Positions 14,001 to 25,314 of a DNA stretch of 54,759 nucleotides are shown piece after piece. Each line of letters starts with the position of its first letter. Position 1 is the stretch's first letter. The stretch comes from Xylographa opegraphella (lineage: Eukaryota): contig JALDZX010000027.1 in the NCBI GenBank assembly GCA_022813865.1, positions 248,001-302,759 of the forward strand. The letters run 5' to 3'. The notes under the pieces were generated by a model. The model saw only the letters and a list, made by a program, of their open reading frames with translations. It made no database searches and was not told the DNA's origin. The position numbers and the translations under genes are program-made.

Positions 14001-16310
14001 TGGGTTGTGCAGAAAGTTCTTGCTGTGGGCGGCAAGGGCATCTTCGGCTATACAGATATGACAAGAATACTATACCTTCGACTTCTAGGTGCGCGGATTG
14101 GAAACGGGGTCAGTATTGCGAAAGGTGCAGTCTTGGGCGAGTACGACTTGCTAGACATCGGAGATAACGTCGAGTTAGACAGCTGTACCTGTCGCCCGTT
14201 TGCTGTGGAACGCAACACCTCGATGTGCCTTCGCCGCATTGTCCTGGGCGCGAATTCAACTGTTGGTCTGAAGTCGTTTGTGGCCCCTGGAACTATCTTA
14301 CCGGTAAATACATGCATTGGATCGAGCAGTTCGACATGGGAGACCAAAGATGCAACAGAGGCCAACAGGGATTTATCGACGAAACGGGTTCCCAAGCCCA
14401 ATGCGATACTTTCCATAGTACTAGGTCTGCCTATCCAGGCGTTGGTAGGTATTATCTCGTTGCTGCCATGGATGGGAGGTCTTATCGGCATCATTTTGGA
14501 AGAGCCCGGTAAGGGTTCTGACGTCGTTGAATCAGTTACAATTTGGTTCGCAGATGCCAAAAGAGTAGGTTTCCATTTCTTAGCCCGTACGCTTAGCGTC
14601 TCAGTCGGTCCTTTTGTCTGGTTTGCCATGATTGTACTTGTCAAGATCGTTCTCGATAGATTTGTTGGAAAGCTAAAGCCGGGACCGGTGGAGAACAGAA
14701 GTGAGCTGCAGAAATTCCGGATGTTTCTGATGGCCAGCTTGGTACCAAAAGGCGATCTCGGCAAACTTACCGAACTCTTTGGGACACATTACGAATTCAC
14801 ATCCATGGCTATACGAGCACTGGGCGGCAAGGTCGGCTCACGTGTGTATTGGCCGGGTAATGGTCCCACAATCCAAGACTTTGAGCTTCTCGATATAGGT
14901 GACAACGTTGTCTTCGGGTCTCGATCACATATCGTCACGTCTGATGGTATGGGAAGTCAAGAAGTTCGTATTGGCGACAACACGATGGTTGCTGACCGTG
15001 TAATTATTCGTCCCGGGACTACTCTAGAGAAGAATACCGTTCTTGGGAGTGGAGCCCTGACAAGACGAGACACTGTCTACCCTGCTGATACTGTGTGGAT
15101 TGGATCAAAAGAGGGTGGTGCCGTGTGTCTGTCGATAACTGGTCGTTCTAATAGCGATTTGAAACGCTCGAACGAATCAGGAAAATTGAAAATCTCTGCA
15201 GCATCCGGTAAGACACTCGTTTCTGATCACTCCATACGCTCTTCTCAGTCAACGATATACGAGCATTCACTCAGGACTACATCGTCTTCGCCATCGCTGT
15301 CGCTGCAAGATCTTGAGAAATCGATTCCTTCCACCACACCTTCGAAAGCCGACACATCGCCGCAATGGTCAGATACGAAAGCAGGGGTTTCCAATCACAA
15401 GGCCAAGAAACCGATCGACTCAAATGCGAGTCCCTTTGGCAAAGCATTTTATGAAGGTGAAGCAGATTATTACGTTATCGGTATGCCCGTTATCTTCCTG
15501 TATTCAATCTTTACCAACATTTTTGTGACCATCTACTGGAACATTGCGCCCCTCTCGGCCATTCAAGTCCTCACCATAGCTATGAAAGCTTATCCCGCGG
15601 TTCTCGGTCCGGTTGCCGTGCGACCACTGGCCATTTACGCCTTGGTTCTTTCTGTTATGATACTTGTCATGACCGCACAAGCTGCTATTGCACTTTCGAT
15701 CGTCATAGCAGCTAAATGGACGCTGATGGGTCGTCGGGCTCCCGGTAAATACGACTGGGACAAAAGCAGCTATTGTCAACGGTGGCAAATACTCCTTACG
15801 ATTGAGCGCATACGCCGGCATTGCTACGGCGGCAACGGCATCATAGGCCTGTTGACGGGAACGCACTTTGCCGTGCTCTACTGTCGTGCTCTCGGCGCGA
15901 ACATTGGCACCGATTGCGCATTGTGGGCTGGTGGCCATACAAGTTTGCTCTTCACGGAGCCAGACCTCTTGACCCTTGGAGAAAGGGTCGCGGTGGACGA
16001 TGCAAGTCTGGTGGCACACATCAACTCGCGAGGGAACTTCTCTTTGAATGCATTGAGTGCGGGAGATAGAAGTGTTCTACGGTCGGGTTCGAGACTGCTT
16101 TCTGGAGCTACGATGGGCGCCGATGCCTGCTTGCTGGAGCACACGCTCATTATGGCGGGAGACGTAGCGGAAGAGGGAACAACATACCAGGGATGGCCGG
16201 CCGACGAGTTCGTGGGAGATCGGGAACGACCTTGCTCTCCAACTGTCAAGCCAAGAGGAGAAACCGGAACGGAGAGTTTCGAGACGCTGATAGCGGCTTG
16301 TCCGCCTTGA
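11045..16310 (+). CDS. Membrane-bound NRPS-like synthetase: acyl-CoA-ligase (Pcs60-like) A domain, T domain, three C-like/left-handed beta-helix modules with TM helices (Pls / polymalate synthetase architecture), ~1738 aa; exons 11045-12021, 12071-16310
   Basis: FTSGTSGTKK, MPLNHVGG (across intron 12022-12070, GTAAGC...CAG), SYGMTE, WFDTGDMG, GRNKEVVNRGGE; phosphopantetheine site DFFEMGGDSL (Ser ~13512); repeats KWLVIGRYKEG...LRLLGARIG, IRALGGKVG, KWTLMGRRAPG...RALGANIG flanked by hydrophobic helices. Start codon is the first in-frame ATG and is uncertain. Confidence 0.9.
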
Positions 16311-16583
16311 GAGGAGGTCCGTCAGGCACGGTACTCTTCCGAGGACGCGTTATATCTGTATGATGATGATGATAATGATAATGAAAATGAAATAAGGAAA
16401 AAGTATGGTGTTGCTTAATATTTAGTAATATAGCTTGTCTTGCCATTGATCGATAGAAGCTTCGTCTCTGTATGGTATTGATTTCAGCGCACTGGTACTG
16501 TGATTATTGTGAAGTCCGTCGTAGTACCATTCGTAGATTAAAATCGCTGATGATGGGGTAATGGCTACATGTTTCGGTAGGCT

Positions 16584-16612
16584 TGTTGGTTGGCTTGGTT
16601 GGCTTGGTTGGC
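16584..16612. repeat. Short tandem repeat, 9-bp unit TTGGTTGGC, about 3 copies
   Basis: ttgttggttggcttggttggcttggttggcc read directly. Confidence 0.8.
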
Positions 16613-17357
16613 CTATTGTAAATGTATTGGTGTGGTAGCGACAGGCCCGTGCTGACCTCGTGCGACACCTACCTACGCAATTGTGCTGGTATTGCGCGTT
16701 CGGTTTGCCGTGCCACAGAGCTTGACTTTGTAGTTTCATTGGTTCAGCGAGCGGATCGTGAAACATGCTGTTTCTCCACAAAAGGCAGTAGTGTACTCGG
16801 CTCAGGGCTCAGCCGTCGAACGGATTGCCCACTCGGATTGGCCTTCAACCGAATCGGATTGTTGACAACGGATACCAGACTGCTTTCGCTCCGAAGCCGT
16901 TGTGTGGCGTGGTGATGATCGCCCAAATATAGTTTAGCGGGCACCAGGCCCGTTCCCGATTAGGTCCGCCACCAGCCGCGAAAGTCTGCTTCCGAGCACC
17001 GAACCTGGTGGCGGCAGCCACACTTCGTTTCTATTCCGGTCATAGTGCAGTGAATCATGCCCGTTTCTGTGACATGATTGTGACAATTGGTTGGCTATGA
17101 TTGGGCGCGGATGCGGTGCACAACTGCGCCCTCTTCGAATTGGGTAAGCGACGTAGCTATTGATAGGATTGGTTCAACATGGGCATATCGCATCCTTCCA
17201 TCAGCTGATTGATATCGCGACTCGTCCTCTTCTTCTTCATCAGCTTTTGCGGTCTTCCAAATTCTGAAAACTTCATCTACCCGCACCATCTCGACTCACT
17301 CGGCTTGCTGCTCGATCAAGAATCTCTCAACACCTCTCCTCCAACTTTCCGGCAATC

Positions 17358-18512
17358 ATGTCGAAAAGAAGTCTCTTCACGCTGGTGACACCGTTACCTC
17401 CGGGTATCTCACGCGAATGTATCATGAGCTTCCTTTACACGCATACTGAGATGATAGACCTCAATCCTCTGGTCATCGAGCGTCACCCCATCCGAGCACC
17501 ACCTCATGCCAGCGCCGAAGAGGCGCATTGCCAATGGTACTCGATCACCGACAAAGTCCAATACATCCCTGGCGGGGTGGCTTCGGGCAAGGTCACCTAC
17601 ACCGCCTGCTTCCACAATCTGCCCACCGGCATTCAAACCCACTGCTTCGCACCTATGGGCCTCAACATCAGGAGCAAGTGGTCCCTCGGCGGTTCCTTAC
17701 CTGGCGAACCCAAAGTTGTCCAGGAGCTTGGAGTGGGCATTCCTAAGGATGGCTTGTGGTTGCGCGAGGATGTGGATATGAAGTGCAACGTATTCATGAT
17801 CGGTTTCGTGAAGAAGGTGTTCCGGAAGGCGCACTTAACACTGGTGGATCGACTCGTGGAAAAGGCGCACATTCTCGAGGCAAACGCACACAACGAAGCA
17901 CTTGAGCGCGCTTCGGTCTATTCCGCCTGCCCATCAAGTCCGGACAACCAATACGTCAGTTCTCCAAGCGTTGCGCCGAGCGTGAGAAGCATGACCCAAC
18001 CAGACACCTCACGCCATCCATCCTACCAGAGTGTAGATCCCTATCCACAGGTCTTTCCGCCGCCGCCAAGCTACATCCAAACTCCTCACTCTCCGCTTCC
18101 CTATCCCGACACAGCTAGCCAGATGGGTGGCACCCCATATCTTAATGCGCACACTTCACCCCAATACGATCCTCGGAAGGTGGGTTTTCGACCACAGGAA
18201 ACGGACAGGACGCATCGTGACCCGATTCGATCATCCTACGATCCAAGACCCTATTCGTGGGACCAGAAAGATGGGTCTTACGGGCATGACGCACAGGGGC
18301 AAGACGGCAACCCATACGGCGTCACTGGCAATTCATACCACCACCCATATGGCAATTCATACCCAATATCGCCACGACACCCGTCATTCCAGATGGTCGA
18401 GCTTCCTGGACAGATGGGCGCGATCCCGGTGGCATATCAGGAGTTGGTTCCAAAGCCGCTGGGCTACCAATCGTCAAGACAGGCCAATGCGAAGCCGACG
18501 GAACTGGAGTAG
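17358..18512 (+). CDS. Conserved fungal hypothetical protein (DUF7053-like N-terminal domain, Pro/Ser/Tyr-rich disordered tail), 384 aa, single exon
   Basis: MSKRSLFTLVTPLPPGISR...HTEMIDLNPLV...GIQTHCFAPMGL...LWLREDVDMKCN...FVKK matches a recurrent Pezizomycotina family. Confidence 0.8.
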   Translation: MSKRSLFTLVTPLPPGISRECIMSFLYTHTEMIDLNPLVIERHPIRAPPHASAEEAHCQWYSITDKVQYIPGGVASGKVTYTACFHNLPTGIQTHCFAPMGLNIRSKWSLGGSLPGEPKVVQELGVGIPKDGLWLREDVDMKCNVFMIGFVKKVFRKAHLTLVDRLVEKAHILEANAHNEALERASVYSACPSSPDNQYVSSPSVAPSVRSMTQPDTSRHPSYQSVDPYPQVFPPPPSYIQTPHSPLPYPDTASQMGGTPYLNAHTSPQYDPRKVGFRPQETDRTHRDPIRSSYDPRPYSWDQKDGSYGHDAQGQDGNPYGVTGNSYHHPYGNSYPISPRHPSFQMVELPGQMGAIPVAYQELVPKPLGYQSSRQANAKPTELE

Positions 18513-19443
18513 CGATTCGATGCGGAAATATGAGTGACAAAATGCGTCGGATAATATTACGGGTTGTAGATATGGGCTATGACTTCATGAGGATATGGCA
18601 TGACCGGCTGTTACGCCAGCGCTTCGCAGGCTGGGATAGGAACTGTGAGGCATCTTCGATGGATGGTCTTGTGTGCTTGTTGCACCTTTTCGGGTGTTTT
18701 AATGATACCAATGGAAACGCTCACATGTAGAGCGTGGTGGGATTTGTTTGCGACAGCTTGGCTTTAGATTTGATAGCGAGTTAGCGATGGAAATGATACC
18801 ATTCTACTGGCTTTTTTGCACAAGCCCCATACACTGCGTCAATACACATGTGCTGTCATCGCCTACCTGCTTCGGTGAGACTTGTAGCGGGGGCGTTGCA
18901 TTTCACATATCTGATTGCTTGCGCCCATTGCAATAAATTCCTTTTCCCCCCTTGGCTCTTGATGAGAGGAATTCGTCTGGCCATCTGAGTCTCACGCCTG
19001 CGGCGGCTCTTAGCCAGCTCTTCCCAATTCCCACGAACTGTCACAGTTCACGTCGCCTTCGTTCTGCTCGGCCGCCGCGGAAGCGGTATAGCGGCATTGT
19101 CACTATCAAAGGTAGAGCGAGAAAGTGGCAGGCCAGTAGTGGAGTCTGTCAGATAAAGAACGTGCGACATTCGTCCTGCTCGGTTTGCGACGGGGTACGG
19201 GCTGGGTTCTGGTAGCGGTGCAACGTCTGCAATTGCTATTTTCACGGGTACGGCATCTCTGTTTGTAATGTACTTGGTTGAAAAGCGGATCTTTGCTTTG
19301 TAGTTGGCGACAGGGATGTTGAAGCCGGTGGCCGGCGCTGGTCGCGCCAAGCTTTCTGGTTCTCGAACGTAAAGTTCTGTCGGGCTTGGTAATATCAACA
19401 TCTACAATGTCCAGTGGCTTGAACGGAAATAAGACTTTGTGTT

Positions 19444-19484
19444 TTCGGAACAAAATCATGAGACTTCGGAACAAAACCATGAGA
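19444..19484. repeat. 21-bp tandem duplication upstream of the secreted modular gene
   Basis: ttcggaacaaaatcatgagac / ttcggaacaaaaccatgagat. Confidence 0.75.
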
Positions 19485-19853
19485 TATGGGGCGTTCCAAA
19501 GCAGATGTGGCCACCTTTCTGTGTCCCATGCCATATGAAACCCTCAACGCGACATGCGGCTAAGACAAAATATCAATAGGAAGCACCTTCCAATCGTCTT
19601 GCGTCCGTTTGGTAATGTATGATCATGTTATACACGTCGATATTTCACAGCCCTCTCCGCTTGAAATTGTTGGAGCGCTTTCTAGCCGTGGTTGAGGTGT
19701 CCATTTCCTCCTACCTTTTGCGATTGTTATGTTGTTTCTCATCTTATTTCATCTCTCGCAGACTATGCTTTGAGTACATTTCTTTGTGGCTCTCAACTGA
19801 ATTTTACTATCTGGGTCGTCTAATACTTGTGGCTACACTCTCTAAAGGCCATC

Positions 19854-22800
19854 ATGAAGCTATGGACCCAAGGTCATCTTACATTCCTTTATGTCTGTCT
19901 GTTCTTCTGTTTCCTCAGGAGTCACGCGTTAGTTCCTCCGCCAGCACATATCTCTGGTCACCCTGGATCCGAACAGCAGACTTTGAAGAACTCCGCTGTC
20001 ATTAGCAAACCCACATCGAGTGCGAATTCACATAATCTTTCCCCCAATACTCCTCGGCCGGTATGGGTAATCGCCGACAACATGCCTGCACCCTGGGCAT
20101 TCCTTGGTGGTCCGTATGGGAACAACCCTCAGATGAATAGTCACTACTCTGTCCACGTAGGGGGCAACGCAAAGAATGGACCTATGCGGATCACTTTGAA
20201 AAATAGCACTGGCAACATTGCCGTTGACGTTACTGACTGGGGTGTGAAGAATTCGATGCAGCCTATTGGACTTGCACCATCTGTCCACCGAATTCGTGAG
20301 ATTGCCCTGATCGGGTCATGGAGCGGGACTAACGCTGAATTGATGGACTCCCAGACCGGTTCCGGTTTAGTCGCAAGAGCCTGGGCCATGAATAGTGTTT
20401 ACGAAGCGGGCTTCAATGGCTGTGGCCATTTCGCCATGGCAGTCCTGGGACTGATGAAACTCAAGGCGAAGCCGTCGGTCGTCAAGCGCATTCAAGGTGG
20501 GAATCAGTTCCTGAAACAGGTCGGCGCCAAAACGACGCCCATAAGCCAAGTTCGTCTGCAATATAATACCATCATTACATGGGGCCAGGCGGCAGTGTCC
20601 AGGAAATCATGGGCTCTGACCCCTCAAAGTAGCAAAAGTGGTGCTACTGGCACAGCCAAGTTACAGCCTAGATATGTTGCAGCTGCGGCCCAATACGATC
20701 CGGGAAGCCAATATGATCAAGGCAACGAATACGGCCAGGGAAACTCTAGGGTGCCGTATGATCAAGGCAACGAATACGACCAGGGAAACTCTAGGGTGCC
20801 GTATGATCATACCGGAGATGTTATATCGAAACCAGGAGCACCAGCCAATCCAGAAGAAGTTGGAGATTTCACCCTCGCTAGTATACCGGACGGTATTGTG
20901 GCTATGCTGAATACAAGCAAGGAATTCGAAGACGAGGCTTGGATTATTCCCCTTATCAATCAAGACCCTCCACCAATCGCTCAACCTTTCGAAGAGAGTC
21001 CACCCAAGGATCCAAAGTTCACGCCAATCACCCTCAAAGATCTCGCTCTTGCGAGTAGCGGGGATAATGTTTTCATGCTTGCTAGAGCTAATAGTGTCAA
21101 AAATCTTATCTCAATGACAACCACCACAGTGGTTAAAGGGCTTGCGGTAACTGCTGCCATTGCAGAGCCGATTTTTGTAATACTTGATTTTATCCATGGA
21201 AATGTAAGTCCTATTCTTGAAATTATAGCCTCTCTGCTCGTGCGGTACAGGGACATTTGGTGAATGGCTTAATAATATCATCTGTTACGAATCCATCGCT
21301 GGTTTTCATCATCTTGTATTGCGAGGTTAAATGCGTTCAAATGAACGGTGCTAACTTCTGGCTCAATAGTGGGTAGGTGGCGCCCTGGCCGCCGTTGGCA
21401 CTGTCCTTGAGGCTGTGGAAATTGCGGCCGTGGAGATGAGTACAGCTGAACTTGGTCCGGTAGGGGTATGTCGGTTTTTCTTTGCCACATCCTTCCATCC
21501 AGTACATCGGAGTCTAGGCTGTGAGATCTCTTGCCCGACTCATGTACCACTTTCCATAAAATTCCATCGTAGGGTAAGAAGAGCAATACTAACTCGAATT
21601 CTTGCAGTGGCTGGTAGACATTGCCATCACTGCCCTCTTTCTCATTCTCCCAGGACTCTTCAAGAAACCACCGAATCATCCACCGAACAACAGCGCTCAA
21701 AAAATCATCCAGTTCGCCATGTTTGGCGACCCCAACCACACGGGAAACGAGAAATGTCAACAAGGCAACCCGCAGTGTCAAGTCGTCTATGGTCCGAGCG
21801 TGATCGCAAATACTTTTGGATGGGAGCTGTTCGACGCGATTGTGTTCATGATTCAGTTCAACCAAGGCCTCACCATGACGATCCCTGATATGGCCGCTGC
21901 CTTTACTGCAATCGTAGATAATTCTCAAGGATCTCACCCTACTGGTGCACCACAAATAGCCACCATCACTTGTGCCGACCCTTTGAAGCATTCGAATTAC
22001 GACCCTTACGAAGGGGAAGCTATCTGTGTCAAGGCCGGATTCCAATTGAATCGGTCGTTGATTACATTACCCAACATCCTCCAAACTGCGGATCAGGTGT
22101 ACCCTCGTATCATAGACAGTCAAGGCAATGGGGACTGCAAGATGGTCGCCGCATCCTTGAGCGGGATGAACTTTCCCGACTACAATTATACATTGCTCAA
22201 TACCCCAGTCTCAATTGCTTGCGGAATTGGCCAAGTCAACGTCGGTGCGAATGCTCTCCCATGGGGATCCTTTACTGGTGGCAATGTCAACTCCTTGTTC
22301 AATCCTCCGGGCCAGTCAACCGATGGCAACGGAGGAGAAGCTCAGACAACCTTCACCGGCACAGTAGCACCGTTCCAATCCCTGCTATCCAGCACCAACG
22401 GACTTTGCTTGAGCGGCACTAAAGGTAGCATCTGCCTTCCAAATGGGACTTATACCCCCCAGACAGGCTCACTGGGCTACAATTCCCAATATACGACTGC
22501 AATGACCCTTCCGTCGTCCGGCGGCCAGCTCATCGTTCACTCCATGGTCACCAACATGGAGCGCCGCGCCGCGACCCCCGACTCGGACAACGTCGGCATA
22601 TACGAGTTCTCGCCCAGCGACCCCTTCTCCTCGCTCCTCGAACGCTCCCCGGAGGCCGCCGTGGTCCCGAGCTTCACCTGGACGCCGACGGGGAAGAAGA
22701 GGTTCGAGTTCGACCAGAACCAAAGCTCGACCAACGTCTCCTTCATCCAAGCCTTCTCGCACCTCACCTCGCAGAAGGCGGGCGACATCAACGTCCTGAC

Positions 22801-23095
22801 GCCCAACCAGGTCGTCCCCCCCGGGGCGTGCCTCTTCACGCAGACCAACTTCCAGGGCGACGTGCAGTGCCTCGGCGTCGGCGCCGGGCCGCTGCCGCAG
22901 GACCTGGTCAAGACGAGCAAGAGCATCTCCGTCGTCGGCAACGCCACCGTCTGGGTCTACTCCGGCCAGTTCAACGACAAGACGCAGCAGAACCTACAGG
23001 GCAGCGTGGCGGACCTGAATAATATCCCCGACGGGCCGAATTCCGGCTATCAGGAGAGGGTGGTGGCCATGTGGATTGCGCCGCCGGTGACGTAG
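19854..23095 (+). CDS. Secreted multidomain protein (~977 aa): signal peptide, permuted papain-like His/Cys domain, repeat linker, hydrophobic helical segment, Cys-containing domain, C-terminal beta/gamma-crystallin-like domain; exons 19854-21203, 21370-21465, 21608-23095
   Basis: Hydrophobic N-terminus MKLWTQGHLTFLYVCLFFCFLRSHA; two phase-0 introns (GTAAGT...GCTAAC...TAG; GTATGT...ACTAAC...CAG) join two long ORFs through a 96-nt exon; domain calls are by motif resemblance only. Confidence 0.75.
20712..20809 (+). repeat. In-frame 45-bp tandem repeat (~2.2 copies) encoding YDQGNEY(G/D)QGNSRVP
   Basis: tatgatcaaggcaacgaatacg(g/a)ccagggaaactctagggtgccg twice with one mismatch, plus a partial third copy. 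Confidence 0.95.
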
Positions 23096-24468
23096 CTCCC
23101 CGTGAGCCATTTGGGTTTTTGAGGTCGGTGGAGCTGGGAGGGGGGGCGGGGGGGCGAACTGTGGGGTTGTTTGGGGTTCGTGTCCTCGATGAGGGTGTTC
23201 TTTTCACTGTTGTATGTGATTATCGTGGTGGTCGGAGCTTAGAATAGCCGGTTAAGGGAATGCCCTGCGCTGGTCCAGCATTGGTCATATCTCCTCTCGC
23301 ATCGATTCGGTGTTTTTCTCTTCCGACGCACGTGTTTCTCTCACCTTTCCAGCTCCCTCCCAGTATGCGGTTTTTTCCCCATGTGCGCATGCCAGCCGGC
23401 GTTCATCGATCCACTCGACCTTTTTGCAAGCCCGCTACCGTTTGGCACGGTCTCCTCTGCTCGGAGCCACAGCGTGACATCTCTCCGTGGAGTGATTTAT
23501 GGGCTTGGTCGCGGTTCTGAGGACGTTCGTTCAAGGACCGGTTGTTCGTTCGTGCCTTGTGCTGCTTGCTGCGCGGGATGCGTGGTGGGGGTGGATCCGC
23601 GGGGTGTTAGATGGTGAGCAAGGGGGACGGGATTGTCTAGAAATATGAGTTGCATGTTCGATGATTTTAAAGGAGCTATTTTTTTCATTTTTTTTTTACC
23701 TAGCCATTGCTGGAGTGCGTTTGCTTTACTGGGGTGGAGCCACCAATTCCAGTGTTCCCGATTGACCTCTCTATCTCTCTGTACCTGCCCAGTCCCGACC
23801 ACAGCGTCCCCTTGTCTTTCAGCGTCCCTGCTCCGACACTGTCCGTCCTGTGGAGCGGAAACACGAGGCTAACAGCGCACGCAACAAAGACCTCTCTCAT
23901 CGACGCGGGGGACGGCCACTCCCGTCCGGCTTGGCTATATAGCAATCCGACTACGCCACGAAGCTATATGAGAAAGATCTTTCCTGTGCCTCTGACTTCC
24001 ATTTGCTCCCCCGACTCATCACCAATCCTGTTCCCCCGGTCCCTCTACTGCAATGCGCACGGTCCAGCCCGGAACAGTGGTTTGCTCTTCAGATTTGACA
24101 GCGCGAAAGGGTCGTCGACTCTCCCTTTGAGAACCTGTGACTACTGGCTTGTGGTGCGGAGCTGCAACGCAAAGAGGACCCGAACTACCTTGCTGATTTT
24201 ATGGGCTGTGATCGCGCTCTGGGTGGTTGCTGTCTGTTTGGGCGATTGAGGTTGCTTGTGGAGCGGAGCGCTGGAGTGGATAGTGTCGCGGGGAAGAAGC
24301 ACCCTTGATCTGCGCGGTCGTTCATGTAGTGCCGTTTGTGGGGAGGTGATCCGAGGGTACTGTTCAGCTGATGAGGACGACATAAAACCTCAGACAATCT
24401 TCACCGGTGAAGCGAGACCAGCACCACCGAATACACAAACCATCGAGCACCATCCTCCAGAGCGGCCT

Positions 24469-25314
24469 CTATTTCCCACCCAGCGAGCCGTCAGTCCGCA
24501 CCGCCATGCCCGCCATCTTCTTACGCCGGCACCGATCCGCCACCCGCCACTCAAACCCCGCCTCCACGCTCGTGACCAGCGTGTCCACCCAGATGAACCA
24601 GAACAGGACGCAAAAGGACTCCCAGCCGACAATGTCACAGAACAGCACCGCCAGCGCGCTTATGCGGTCGATCACCCACCCGTTCCGGTTCGCCAGGTAC
24701 AGGTCCAGCAGCGCCGTCAGGACGACGATGCTGGCGAGATCCATGCACGCCACCGTGCGGCGGGCGTAGGCGTTTTCGAAGAGGAAGTCGCACGACGCGC
24801 ACCGCGCCTGCAACTCCCGTGCCGGCGGCCGGTCTTCGAGATCCCGCTGCGCCGAGAGCCGTGCTTCCCGACGGCGGGCCCAGCGCGACACGAGCCAGTA
24901 CTCGATGGGCCTGAAGAGTTTCGACGGGCGGAACTCGGTTGCGCGGACGCGGCCGTTCATGACAAGGCCGGACTTGAGCCACTTGGCAGCGTAGAGGAAA
25001 GCGGTGGCGCAGAGTGGGACCACGAGGATGGGATAGTCGACGGGCGTGGGCATTCCGTGCGGGGCGCCGGTGATGAAGAGGTAGGTGTAGATGCCTGTCA
25101 GCATGGAATGGTGGAGGACGAGGACGAGGGCGCAGCGGAGGCAGGTGTAGAGGAGGCATACGCCCAGGAGGAGGAATTTGAACTGCACGGGAGATTGTAG
25201 ACGGAGGAATCTGAAGGAGGGCCAGGATCGGTGGGCGGTGATATAGTGCGCGGAGATGGTACCTGCGACGAGCAGATCAATCGCCATTCTGTAGACAGCT
25301 GGGGGGTAAGACAT
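24469..25314 (-). CDS. Hypothetical multi-pass membrane protein (~281 aa)
   Basis: Uninterrupted GC-rich ORF with 5-6 hydrophobic stretches; no recognisable family; start taken at MSYPP (upstream ATG at 25326 also possible). Confidence 0.55.
   Translation of the reverse strand: MSYPPAVYRMAIDLLVAGTISAHYITAHRSWPSFRFLRLQSPVQFKFLLLGVCLLYTCLRCALVLVLHHSMLTGIYTYLFITGAPHGMPTPVDYPILVVPLCATAFLYAAKWLKSGLVMNGRVRATEFRPSKLFRPIEYWLVSRWARRREARLSAQRDLEDRPPARELQARCASCDFLFENAYARRTVACMDLASIVVLTALLDLYLANRNGWVIDRISALAVLFCDIVGWESFCVLFWFIWVDTLVTSVEAGFEWRVADRCRRKKMAGMAVRTDGSLGGK

Noticed and set aside
1..16310. MFS transporter plus NRPS-like gene as one biosynthetic cluster
   Set aside because: They are about 10 kb apart and separated by housekeeping GET3 and HAS1, with no tailoring enzymes or pathway regulator nearby
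24256..25200. 314-aa plus-strand ORF
   Set aside because: Antisense shadow of the GC-rich minus-strand membrane ORF; no ATG start and atypical composition
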